NCBI GenBank assembly: GCA_964398515.1
Contig: CAYNNX010000004.1
Coordinates: 1-56,166, forward strand
Direction: 5' to 3'
Source: an uncultured Streptantibioticus sp.
GTDB lineage: Bacteria; Actinomycetota; Actinomycetes; Streptomycetales; Streptomycetaceae
DNA: 56,166 bases
The notes beneath the pieces are model-generated. The model was not told the origin of the DNA. It searched no databases and worked only from the letters and a program-made list of their open reading frames with translations. Within the stretch, counting starts at the first letter, position 1. Each line of letters begins with the position of its first letter. Of this stretch, positions 9,038 to 16,877 are shown piece by piece. A program made the position numbers and the translations under genes.

Positions 9038-10093
9038 ATGAGTGGCCACACGCAGCACAGCCACGACCAGACCCGCGACCACGGCGGGCACCGCCACCAC
9101 GACGCCCACGGCCACGGTCACGGCGGCGGGCACTCGCACGGCGTGGCGGCGGACGCCGACCGGCGCTGGCTGACCATCACCCTGTCGCTGATCATCGCCT
9201 TCATGGCGGTGGAGGTCGCCGTCGGCTTCCTGGCCCACTCCCTGGCGCTGATCTCGGACGCGGCGCACATGCTCACCGACGCCGCCTCGATCGTGCTGGC
9301 GCTCGTGGCGATGCGGCTGGCCGCGCGCCCTGCCCGGGGCGGCTTCACGTACGGCCTGAAGCGCGCGGAGATCCTCTCGGCCCAGGCCAACGGGATCACG
9401 CTGCTGCTGCTGTCGCTGTGGCTCGGCTACGAGGCGGCCCGCAGGCTCGTCGCGCCGCCCGTCGTCACGGGCTCGCTGGTGCTGGGCACCGCGCTGGTGG
9501 GGATCGTGGTGAATCTGGCCGCCGCCTGGTGCATCTCGCGGGCCAACCGCACCTCGCTCAACGTCGAGGGCGCCTTCCAGCACATCCTGACCGATCTGTA
9601 CGGCTTCATCGCCACCGCGGCCGCCGGGCTCACCGTGCTGCTCACCGGGTTCGCCCGGGCGGACGCGATCGCCTCGCTGGTCGTGGTCGCGCTGATGCTC
9701 AAGGCCGGCACCGGGCTGGTGCGCGAGTCCGGGCGGATCTTCCTGGAGGCCGCGCCCGCCGGGATCGACCCCGACGCCCTCGGCGACCGGCTGGCGACCC
9801 AGCCCGGGGTGGTGGAGGTGCACGACCTGCACGTGTGGCAGATCACCTCGGGCCAGCCCGCGCTCTCCGCCCACATCCTGGTGGAGCCGGGCCAGGACTG
9901 CCACGCGGTGCGCCGCGGCATGGAGGACCTGCTGCGCGCCGACTACGCCATCACCCACGCCACCCTCCAGGTCGACCACGCGCCCGAGCGGCTGCTCGCC
10001 CTCGCCCCGCCCGGCGACCGGACGCGGCAGGATCCGGGCCACTGCTCGGACGCCCACGGCCCGGTGCACCACGAGGGCCCGCACGAGCACTGA
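9038..10093 (+). CDS. cation diffusion facilitator (CDF) family Zn/Co/Cd-type efflux transporter with His-rich termini
   Basis: ATG 9038 with GAGGGGA SD about 10 nt upstream. [15 protein letters not shown] and HILTDLYG metal-site motifs and 6 TM helices. The N-terminal segment [32 protein letters not shown] has 13 His in 32 aa, and the C-terminus is also His-rich. Confidence 0.85.
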   Translation: MSGHTQHSHDQTRDHGGHRHHDAHGHGHGGGHSHGVAADADRRWLTITLSLIIAFMAVEVAVGFLAHSLALISDAAHMLTDAASIVLALVAMRLAARPARGGFTYGLKRAEILSAQANGITLLLLSLWLGYEAARRLVAPPVVTGSLVLGTALVGIVVNLAAAWCISRANRTSLNVEGAFQHILTDLYGFIATAAAGLTVLLTGFARADAIASLVVVALMLKAGTGLVRESGRIFLEAAPAGIDPDALGDRLATQPGVVEVHDLHVWQITSGQPALSAHILVEPGQDCHAVRRGMEDLLRADYAITHATLQVDHAPERLLALAPPGDRTRQDPGHCSDAHGPVHHEGPHEH

Positions 10094-10229
10094 GCGGTGT
10101 GAACTCCCCCTCGGCGACGCGTGGTTGCCGTCGCTGCGGTGAGGTGTGTGCCAGGATCTGAGGCTCCGACTGCCTGCGCCGCCTGACCGCTCGACGGGCG
10201 GTCGGCGGCCCCCGACCGGAAGGCCGCCC

Positions 10230-13200
10230 ATGGACCTCGACCCTGCGCCCGACCACCACCCCGGATTCTCCCGTCGCCGTTTCCTGACGGCCACCGCGGT
10301 GACCGCCACCGCCGGAGCCGCCGGCGGCTTACTCGCGCCGCCCGCCCCGGCCGCCGCCGCGGACCGGGCGACGGCGGTGTTCACCTCCGCCACCAACGGC
10401 TGCGCCACGCTCGACCCGGCCGGCGACCGGATCGTCGCCGAGATGCAGAACGTGCTGTGGTCGATCCCCCGCAAGGGCGGCACCGCGGTCCCACTCACCG
10501 CCCCCGGCCTGGAGCCGACCCGGCCCGTCTTCTCCCCGGACGGCAAGCGGCTCGCGGTGTGCGCCTACCGCGGCGGCGGATTCCACATCTGGACGCTGCG
10601 GCCCGACGGCTCCGGGCTGCGGCAGCTCACCGACGGGCCGTGGGACGACCGGGGGCCCGCGTGGTCCCCGGACGGCACGCGCATCGCGTTCGCCTCCGAA
10701 CGCGGCGGCGACCCGGTGGCCGGCAGCCCGTACCGGGTGTGGGTGGTGGAGGTGGCGACCGGGCGGCTCACCCGGCTCACCGGGCTGCCCGGCCAGGACG
10801 GTCCGTTCCAGGACGGGCCCTGGGAGGACTTCGACCCCACCTGGTCGCCGGACGGGCGGCGGGTGCTCTTCGTGCGCGGCCGCCCCGGTACCGAGCCGGG
10901 CCCGGCGGGGGCGGTGCTGGACTCCCGTACCATCGCCTCCGTGGTCGCCGACGGTACGGGCGCGGTCTCGGTCGTGCACACCGAGTCGGCAGCGGCGCAG
11001 GTCATGGTGCCGGCGCTCTCCCCGCGGGGGCGGCTGGCCCATCTGCGGACCACCCCCTCCCCGGCGGCCTCCTGCACGCTGGTCGTGGACGGCGAGGCCG
11101 TGGCGGTCGAGGGCGACGTGGCGCCGGTCCCGCCGCGCTGGGTCTCGGACGAGGAACTGCTGCTCACGGTCGACGGCCGGTTCCGCATCGTGCGCCCGGG
11201 CCGGGAGGGCGGCGAGGAGATCCCGTTCACCGCGTCGCTGGCCGTCGCCCGCCCGGCCTACCGGGTGAAGTCCTACGACCTGGCGCCCGGCGGGGTCCGC
11301 CCGGTCCGCGGGATCCACCTGCCCGCGCTCTCCCCCGACGGCACGCGCATCGCCTTCGCCGCCCTCAACTCGCTGTGGCTGTACGACGTCTCCGGCCGGG
11401 GCGCCCCGCGCCGCATCGCGCACGCGGACCCGACCCGGTACGTCCTCGGCCCGGTGTGGTCGCGCGACGGGGGCTCGCTGCTGTACGCCGACGACCGCGA
11501 CGGGCTGTACGCGGTACGCCGCCACGAGCCGGCCTCCGGCACCGAGACCGTGCTGGCCTCGGGCGGCCGGGTGCATCCCGCGCTCTCGCCGGACGGCACC
11601 CGGCTGGCCTGCCTGGACCTGGCCGGGCGGCTCGTCGTGCGCGAACTCGCCTCCGGCGCCGAGCGGGTGCTGGCCGCTCCGCTGGGCGGCGGCGGCCTTC
11701 CGGGGCGGCCGAGTTGGTCGCCGGACGGCCGCTACCTGGCGTTCTGCGACCGCAACCGGCTCAACCAGCGGTTCCGGGAGGGGTACAACCTCATCCGCGT
11801 CGTCGACACGGCGGACGGCGCCTCCCGGCTGTACGCGCCCGGCCCGAACGCCTCGCTCTCCGACCGGTACGACTCCGGTCCCGTGTGGTCGCCGGACGGG
11901 CGGTGGATGGCCCTGATCTGCGAGTCGGCACTGTGGCTGCTGCCGGTGCGGCCCGACGGCTCGCCGGACGGCGCCGCGCGGCAGCTCACCGACGAGGCCG
12001 CCGACCACCCCTCGTGGTCCGGGGACTCGCGCACCCTGCTGTACCTGTCGGCGGGCCGGCTGCGGCTGATCGGCGTGGCCGGCGGCCCGGCCCGCACCGT
12101 GCGCATCCCCCTCGACCACCGGCGCCCCGAGCCGGCCGACACCGTCGTGCACGCGGGCCGGCTGTGGGACGGCACCGGCGAGGGCGTGCGGGAGGACGTC
12201 GACGTCGTGGTGCGCGGCGGACGGATCGCCGCGGTCGAACCGCACCGGGCGGGCCGGCCCGCCGCCCGCCGCGTCGACGCCTCGGCGCGGACCGTCCTGC
12301 CGGGGCTCTTCGACGCCCACACGCACCCGTGGCAGAGCACCTACGGCGGACGGCAGGGCGCGCTCTACCTCGCCTACGGCGTCACCACCGCGATCTCCCT
12401 GGGCGGCTTCGCCTACGAACAGGCGCGCATCCGCGAGGCGGTGGCCGCGGGCGAGCTGGCCGGGCCGCGGCTGCTGACCACCGGCGAACTCCTCGACGGC
12501 TCCCGGGTGGCCTACAGCATGGGCCGCGCCCACCGCACCCCGGCCGGGCTCCGCCGGTCGCTGGCCCGCGGCGCGGCGCTGGACTGGGATTTCGTCAAGA
12601 CGTACGTGCGGGCGCCGGGCTGGGTGATGGAGGAGGCCGCGCGGTTCGCGCACGAGCGGCTGGGGGTGCGCGCGGGCAGCCACCTGTGCACCCCGGGAAC
12701 GCAGACGGGGCAGGACCTGACCACCCACCTGCAGGCCACCCAGCGCCTGGAGTTCGGCCATGCCACGACCGCGTCGGGCCACGCCTACGAGGACGTGACC
12801 GCGCTCTACACGCGGACCGGCTTCGAGATGATCGCGACGCCCTTCCCCGCGCTGCCGCTGGTGGGGGCCAACCCGGCGGTCGCCTCCGATCCGCGGGTGA
12901 CCACCTTGATGCCGCCGTGGGACACCGCGGTCGTGCGCCAGTACGCGGCGAGTGCGCCGACCCCGGCGCAACTGGACACGCTCGACAGGGAGACCGCGGT
13001 CTACCGGCGCCTGCTGTCCGCGGGCGGACTGGTCGCGCTGGGCACCGACTCGCCGCTGGTCCCCGTCGGCCTGCATCTGCATCTGGCGCTGCGCGCGCTG
13101 CACCGGGCGGGACTGTCCCCCGCCGAGGCGCTGCGCACGGCGACCGTGCTGCCCGCCCGGCTGTTCGGCCTCGACGGCGACCTGGGCACGGTGGTCCCCG

Positions 13201-13427
13201 GCAGGCTGGCCGACCTGACGATCGTGGACGGCGACCCCTTCACGGACTTCGCCTCCCTGGTCCGCACGGTCTCGGTGCTGCGCGGCGGGTTCCCGTACGA
13301 CCAGGCCGACCTGGTGGCCGCGTTCGCCGGTCCGCGGGCGCGGGCGGCGACGGAAGGCGGCGACGAGCGGTGGCTTGAGGTGGGGCGCCAGTTGCGGCGG
13401 GACAGCTGCTGCGACGCGCACGCCTGA
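10230..13427 (+). CDS. Tat-secreted PD40/TolB-like beta-propeller protein fused to a C-terminal amidohydrolase domain
   Basis: Start at ATG 10230 (GGAAGG upstream). Twin-arginine motif SRRRFLTATAV. Repeated (W/F/L)SPDG(T/K/R) propeller motifs occur at least 7 times. C-terminal LPGLFDAHTHPW is a metal-binding HxH motif of amidohydrolases. Contains an in-frame TTA codon (L34). Confidence 0.8.
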   Translation: MDLDPAPDHHPGFSRRRFLTATAVTATAGAAGGLLAPPAPAAAADRATAVFTSATNGCATLDPAGDRIVAEMQNVLWSIPRKGGTAVPLTAPGLEPTRPVFSPDGKRLAVCAYRGGGFHIWTLRPDGSGLRQLTDGPWDDRGPAWSPDGTRIAFASERGGDPVAGSPYRVWVVEVATGRLTRLTGLPGQDGPFQDGPWEDFDPTWSPDGRRVLFVRGRPGTEPGPAGAVLDSRTIASVVADGTGAVSVVHTESAAAQVMVPALSPRGRLAHLRTTPSPAASCTLVVDGEAVAVEGDVAPVPPRWVSDEELLLTVDGRFRIVRPGREGGEEIPFTASLAVARPAYRVKSYDLAPGGVRPVRGIHLPALSPDGTRIAFAALNSLWLYDVSGRGAPRRIAHADPTRYVLGPVWSRDGGSLLYADDRDGLYAVRRHEPASGTETVLASGGRVHPALSPDGTRLACLDLAGRLVVRELASGAERVLAAPLGGGGLPGRPSWSPDGRYLAFCDRNRLNQRFREGYNLIRVVDTADGASRLYAPGPNASLSDRYDSGPVWSPDGRWMALICESALWLLPVRPDGSPDGAARQLTDEAADHPSWSGDSRTLLYLSAGRLRLIGVAGGPARTVRIPLDHRRPEPADTVVHAGRLWDGTGEGVREDVDVVVRGGRIAAVEPHRAGRPAARRVDASARTVLPGLFDAHTHPWQSTYGGRQGALYLAYGVTTAISLGGFAYEQARIREAVAAGELAGPRLLTTGELLDGSRVAYSMGRAHRTPAGLRRSLARGAALDWDFVKTYVRAPGWVMEEAARFAHERLGVRAGSHLCTPGTQTGQDLTTHLQATQRLEFGHATTASGHAYEDVTALYTRTGFEMIATPFPALPLVGANPAVASDPRVTTLMPPWDTAVVRQYAASAPTPAQLDTLDRETAVYRRLLSAGGLVALGTDSPLVPVGLHLHLALRALHRAGLSPAEALRTATVLPARLFGLDGDLGTVVPGRLADLTIVDGDPFTDFASLVRTVSVLRGGFPYDQADLVAAFAGPRARAATEGGDERWLEVGRQLRRDSCCDAHA

Positions 13428-13458
13428 CGGCCCCGGGCCGCCGCGCAGGGTCCGGGCC

Positions 13459-15051
13459 CTACGCGGCGGCCTCGGCGGCGGCCCGGTGTGCCACGCCCGA
13501 GCGGACCGCCCAGGCGAAGACGGCCAGGGCGACGGCTGCGACCGCGAGCGAGTCGAACGGCGCCGGGAGGTTCCCCGAGCCCTTGAACGTGCCCGCCCAC
13601 GACAGGGCGGTCAGCGCCAGCAGGTAGACCACCAGCCAGGCGCCGGTGCGCAGTTCGGCGCCGAGTGCGGTGCCCGCGCGGTTGGTGCGCCACATCGCGG
13701 CGTAGACCAGGAGCCCGGCGAGGACGAGCGGCAGCGCGATGCGCAGGTCGTGCCAGCCGGACCAGTACACGAACTCGCTGGAGACCACGAAGCTCAGCGG
13801 CGCGATCCAGCGCAGTCCGGGGACCCAGCCCGCCTCCTGCTCGCCGGGGGCGGCGCGGAAGACGGCGGCGGCGACCGCGGAGGACGCGTAGATCAGCAGG
13901 TACATGTCGCCCATGACGCTGACGATGTTCTGCCAGCCGCCGAACGGCAGCAGGAAGACGGCGATCACCGCGAGGTTGAGAACCAGCGCCCGGTGCGGGA
14001 TGCCGTGACGCGGGTCCACCTGCATGAAGTACCGCGGCAGCGTGCCGTTCTTGGCCAGCGCGTAGGTGTGCCGGGCGTCCAGCGCCACGCCGACGTAGGC
14101 CGATCCGCCGGGCGAGAGGACCGCGTCCGCGTACAGCATGCTGGAGAGCCAGTGCAGGTTGAGCAGGAGTGCCAGCTGGCCGAAGGGGGAGTCGAAGTTC
14201 ACGCCGTTCCAGCCGTGGCCGAGCAGGTGGTCGGGGACGGCGAGCAGGAACGCCAGTTGCAGGCCCAGGTACATCACCAGGGCCAGCCCGATCCCGGCGA
14301 GGACCGAGCCCGGGATGGTGCGCCGGGGGTTGCGCGCCTCGCCGGAGAAGTCGAGCGGGGCCTGGAAGCCGTTGACCGAGTAGACGATGCCGCCGCCGGC
14401 GAGCGCGCTCAGGCACGCCACGTAGCCGTAGGGCGCGAAGCCGCCGTGGTCGGTCAGGTGCCCGGGGTGCCATCCGGAGGCGAGGAGCGCGATCACGGTG
14501 ACCAGGGGCACGAGGATCTTCAGGACCGAGACCGCGTTGTTGAGGCGGGCGAACAGCCGCACCTCGAACCAGTTGAGCGCGGTGAGCACCACGCTGAGCC
14601 CGGCGGCGAGGCCCAGACCGGACAGGGTGAGGTGGTGGCTCTCGGTGATGCCGGGCAGGTAGTGGGCGGCGTACTGCATGATGGCGCTGATCTCCGCGGC
14701 CGTACCGCCCACCGACAGCAGCGTCGACCAGCCGATGAGGGTGCCGACGAGCCGGCCGCTGGCGTAAAGGGGCCAGCGGACCGTGCCGCCTCCCTCGGGG
14801 CGTGACGCGCCGAGCTCCACCATCACCAGGGCGACGAGAGCGCACAGCACGCCCGCTCCCACCCACGACAGCAGGGAGGCGGGCCCCGCGGTCTGCGCCG
14901 CGTACATGGCGGCGAACAGCCAGCCGGAGCCGACGATGTTGGAGAAGCCGATCGCCGTCAGACCCCAGAAACCGAGCTCCCGCCGCAGCCGCCGCTCCTG
15001 GGTGAGCACCAGGGGGGCTCCGGCCTCTTCGGGCATCTGACGTTCTGTCAC
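13459..15051 (-). CDS. APC (amino acid/polyamine/organocation) family permease, long 14-TM type
   Basis: 530-aa track ORF. GTG start with GAGGAG SD. Motifs GSGWLFAAMY and FSGEARNPRRTIP; polytopic throughout. Paralogue of the gene at 27526..29178. Confidence 0.85.
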   Translation of the reverse strand: MTERQMPEEAGAPLVLTQERRLRRELGFWGLTAIGFSNIVGSGWLFAAMYAAQTAGPASLLSWVGAGVLCALVALVMVELGASRPEGGGTVRWPLYASGRLVGTLIGWSTLLSVGGTAAEISAIMQYAAHYLPGITESHHLTLSGLGLAAGLSVVLTALNWFEVRLFARLNNAVSVLKILVPLVTVIALLASGWHPGHLTDHGGFAPYGYVACLSALAGGGIVYSVNGFQAPLDFSGEARNPRRTIPGSVLAGIGLALVMYLGLQLAFLLAVPDHLLGHGWNGVNFDSPFGQLALLLNLHWLSSMLYADAVLSPGGSAYVGVALDARHTYALAKNGTLPRYFMQVDPRHGIPHRALVLNLAVIAVFLLPFGGWQNIVSVMGDMYLLIYASSAVAAAVFRAAPGEQEAGWVPGLRWIAPLSFVVSSEFVYWSGWHDLRIALPLVLAGLLVYAAMWRTNRAGTALGAELRTGAWLVVYLLALTALSWAGTFKGSGNLPAPFDSLAVAAVALAVFAWAVRSGVAHRAAAEAAA

Positions 15052-15269
15052 GAACCGGTCTCCTCGCTAGCGCGCGTGCGTGGGACCAGCATTGTGCCTT
15101 GCGGGCGCGATCAGGGGGAGATTCGGGAGCCACAGTTCAAGGCGCGGTAACAATCCACGCCTTGAGCTGCGACTACCCCCGATACCCGGCGGCTACGGTC
15201 CCGCACGGAAACAGGACCGGCCGGAGCCGCCGTTGCTCTGAATCCTCCGGCACCCGCCGACGCATTGTC

Positions 15270-15279
15270 AAGTATACTT
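15270..15279. promoter_or_regulatory. AT-rich perfect 10-bp palindrome AAGTATACTT (candidate operator, overlaps a TATACT -10-like hexamer)
   Basis: This is the only strongly AT-rich patch (cattgtcaagtatactttcac) in the 361-bp divergent spacer between the APC permease (start 15051) and the HTH gene (start 15413). It lies 134 nt upstream of the HTH ATG. Confidence 0.25.
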
Positions 15280-15412
15280 TCACCTGCTACACCTACGGTG
15301 GCCCTTGCGCTCTTGCCGCGCCGCGGGGGCGCTGCCACAGTGAGTGCCATGATCAGGGGGGCTTGCCCGACGCCCGCCCGTCACCGCCCCGCCGGAGGAG
15401 ACCGACCGCCGC

Positions 15413-16213
15413 ATGTCCGTGGGCAGCAACGCCGAAGAACACGCGCTGCGCGTGGCCCGGCGGCTGCGCGTGCTCTTCTCCGAGCTCCACCCGGCCGGAC
15501 GCGGCCCCTGGACCCGGGCCGAGGTCGCCGACTCCTGCCGCCTGCCCGTATCGGCCGTCGACGACCTGTGCGCGGGCCGGCCGCCCGTCGCGGACGCCCA
15601 CCTGCTGGCGGTCGCCCGGCACTTCCGGGTCGACCCGGTCTGTCTGACGGCGGACGACGGCGATCCGCGGATCAGCGCCTGGCAGCGCACGGCCCGCCGG
15701 CTCAACCTGCTGTTCAGCGACATCTACCCGGCCGGACGCGGCCCCTGGACGCACGAGGAGGTCGCCGAGGCGGGCGGCGTGCCCGTCGAGGACGTCCGCC
15801 GGATGTGCGTGGGCGCCCCGCTGGCGGACGCCGGATTCGCCGCCCGGCTCGACCAGTTGTGCCTGCGCGTCTCCCCGGCCACCGGAAAGCCCTACTCCAA
15901 CCGGGAGGTGGGCGCCGCGGTCGGCAAGTCGGGCCAGTACATCGGCAACCTGCGCGGCGGTGTCAACGAACCCGGCCTGCCCGTGGCCATCGCGCTCGCC
16001 CGCTTCTTCGGCATCTCCGTCGAGTACTTCGTCCAGGGCCCGGTCACGCTGGTGGCCCGGCACTTCCGGGTGCCCGAGGTCTATCTGACGGAGGAGGACG
16101 ACACCCCTGCCGTGCGGGAGATCGAGGACTCCCTGCGCACGCTGATCGCCCTGCGCGACGAACGGGTGCAGCGGGTCGTGGGCCGGGTGCTCGACCGGCG
16201 CTGGCCCAACTAG
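15413..16213 (+). CDS. multi-HTH (XRE-type) DNA-binding protein with internally repeated units
   Basis: 266-aa track ORF; GGAGGAG SD 12 nt upstream. One canonical XRE unit (KPYSNREVGAAVGKSGQYIGNLRGGVNEPGLPVAIALARFFGISVEYF) plus two degenerate units starting ARRL(R/N)(V/L)LFS....PAGRGPWT..EVA. Confidence 0.8.
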   Translation: MSVGSNAEEHALRVARRLRVLFSELHPAGRGPWTRAEVADSCRLPVSAVDDLCAGRPPVADAHLLAVARHFRVDPVCLTADDGDPRISAWQRTARRLNLLFSDIYPAGRGPWTHEEVAEAGGVPVEDVRRMCVGAPLADAGFAARLDQLCLRVSPATGKPYSNREVGAAVGKSGQYIGNLRGGVNEPGLPVAIALARFFGISVEYFVQGPVTLVARHFRVPEVYLTEEDDTPAVREIEDSLRTLIALRDERVQRVVGRVLDRRWPN

Positions 16214-16352
16214 CCCGCGGCGACGGCCCGGAGGCGCCCGCGGCGACGGTGGCCGCGAGGTGCATGGATGCCCGTTGTCGGTGGTCCGCACTACGATCTC
16301 TGTCGCGCTGCCACGCACGACCGGACTGTGCGACATGCTTGAGGAGGGACTC

Positions 16353-16877
16353 ATGGGCATCGCCGGTGACCGACGTCGAGCCCGTAAGTACATCCACGAC
16401 AGGCTCTCCCTCCCCCAGGGCCGCCCCTTGGCACTCGAGGACCTGGTCGACGCGGTCGGTGCCGCCCGGGGCAAGCCCATCGAGGTCGTCCACCGCAGAC
16501 TGGCGCCGCGCGTCACCGGGTTCTGCGCGGTGCGGCCGGACCGGGACGTGGTCGTGGTCGACGCGACGGCCCCCAGGTTCCTGCAGATCGTCATCGCCTG
16601 CCACGAGCTCTTCCACCTGCTGCACGACGACGAACCGCCCGACGACTGCCCGATCGACGAGGAGACCGCCCGCGCCCTGATGCCCGGGCTCGCGCCCGAC
16701 ATGGTGAAGATGGTCCTGCTCGGGCGCTGCCTGGAGGGCGAGGAGTCGCCGGACGCGGTCGAACGCCTCGCGGAGATCGGCGGCACGGAGCTGATGCAGA
16801 TGCTCGACCTCACCCCGGGGGCCGCGGCGACGGGCGCGTACACCTCGGCTTTGGAGATGCGGAGGCCCGGTGTCTGA
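16353..16877 (+). CDS. HExxH zinc-metallopeptidase-like protein (ImmA/IrrE, M78-like size and motif)
   Basis: Start placed at ATG 16353 because of the strong SD GAGGAGGGA 3-4 nt upstream (ATG 16335 is the alternative). HELFH at codons 84-88 (16602-16616). About 174 aa. Its stop overlaps the next gene's start. Confidence 0.7.
   Translation: MGIAGDRRRARKYIHDRLSLPQGRPLALEDLVDAVGAARGKPIEVVHRRLAPRVTGFCAVRPDRDVVVVDATAPRFLQIVIACHELFHLLHDDEPPDDCPIDEETARALMPGLAPDMVKMVLLGRCLEGEESPDAVERLAEIGGTELMQMLDLTPGAAATGAYTSALEMRRPGV

Noticed and set aside
10329-13421. 1030-aa minus-strand ORF, and the 973-aa alternative plus frame (10457..13378), over the amidohydrolase gene
   Set aside because: Both are Arg/Gly/Pro-rich without motifs. 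The 10230..13427 frame carries the Tat signal, PD40 repeats and the amidohydrolase HxH motif.
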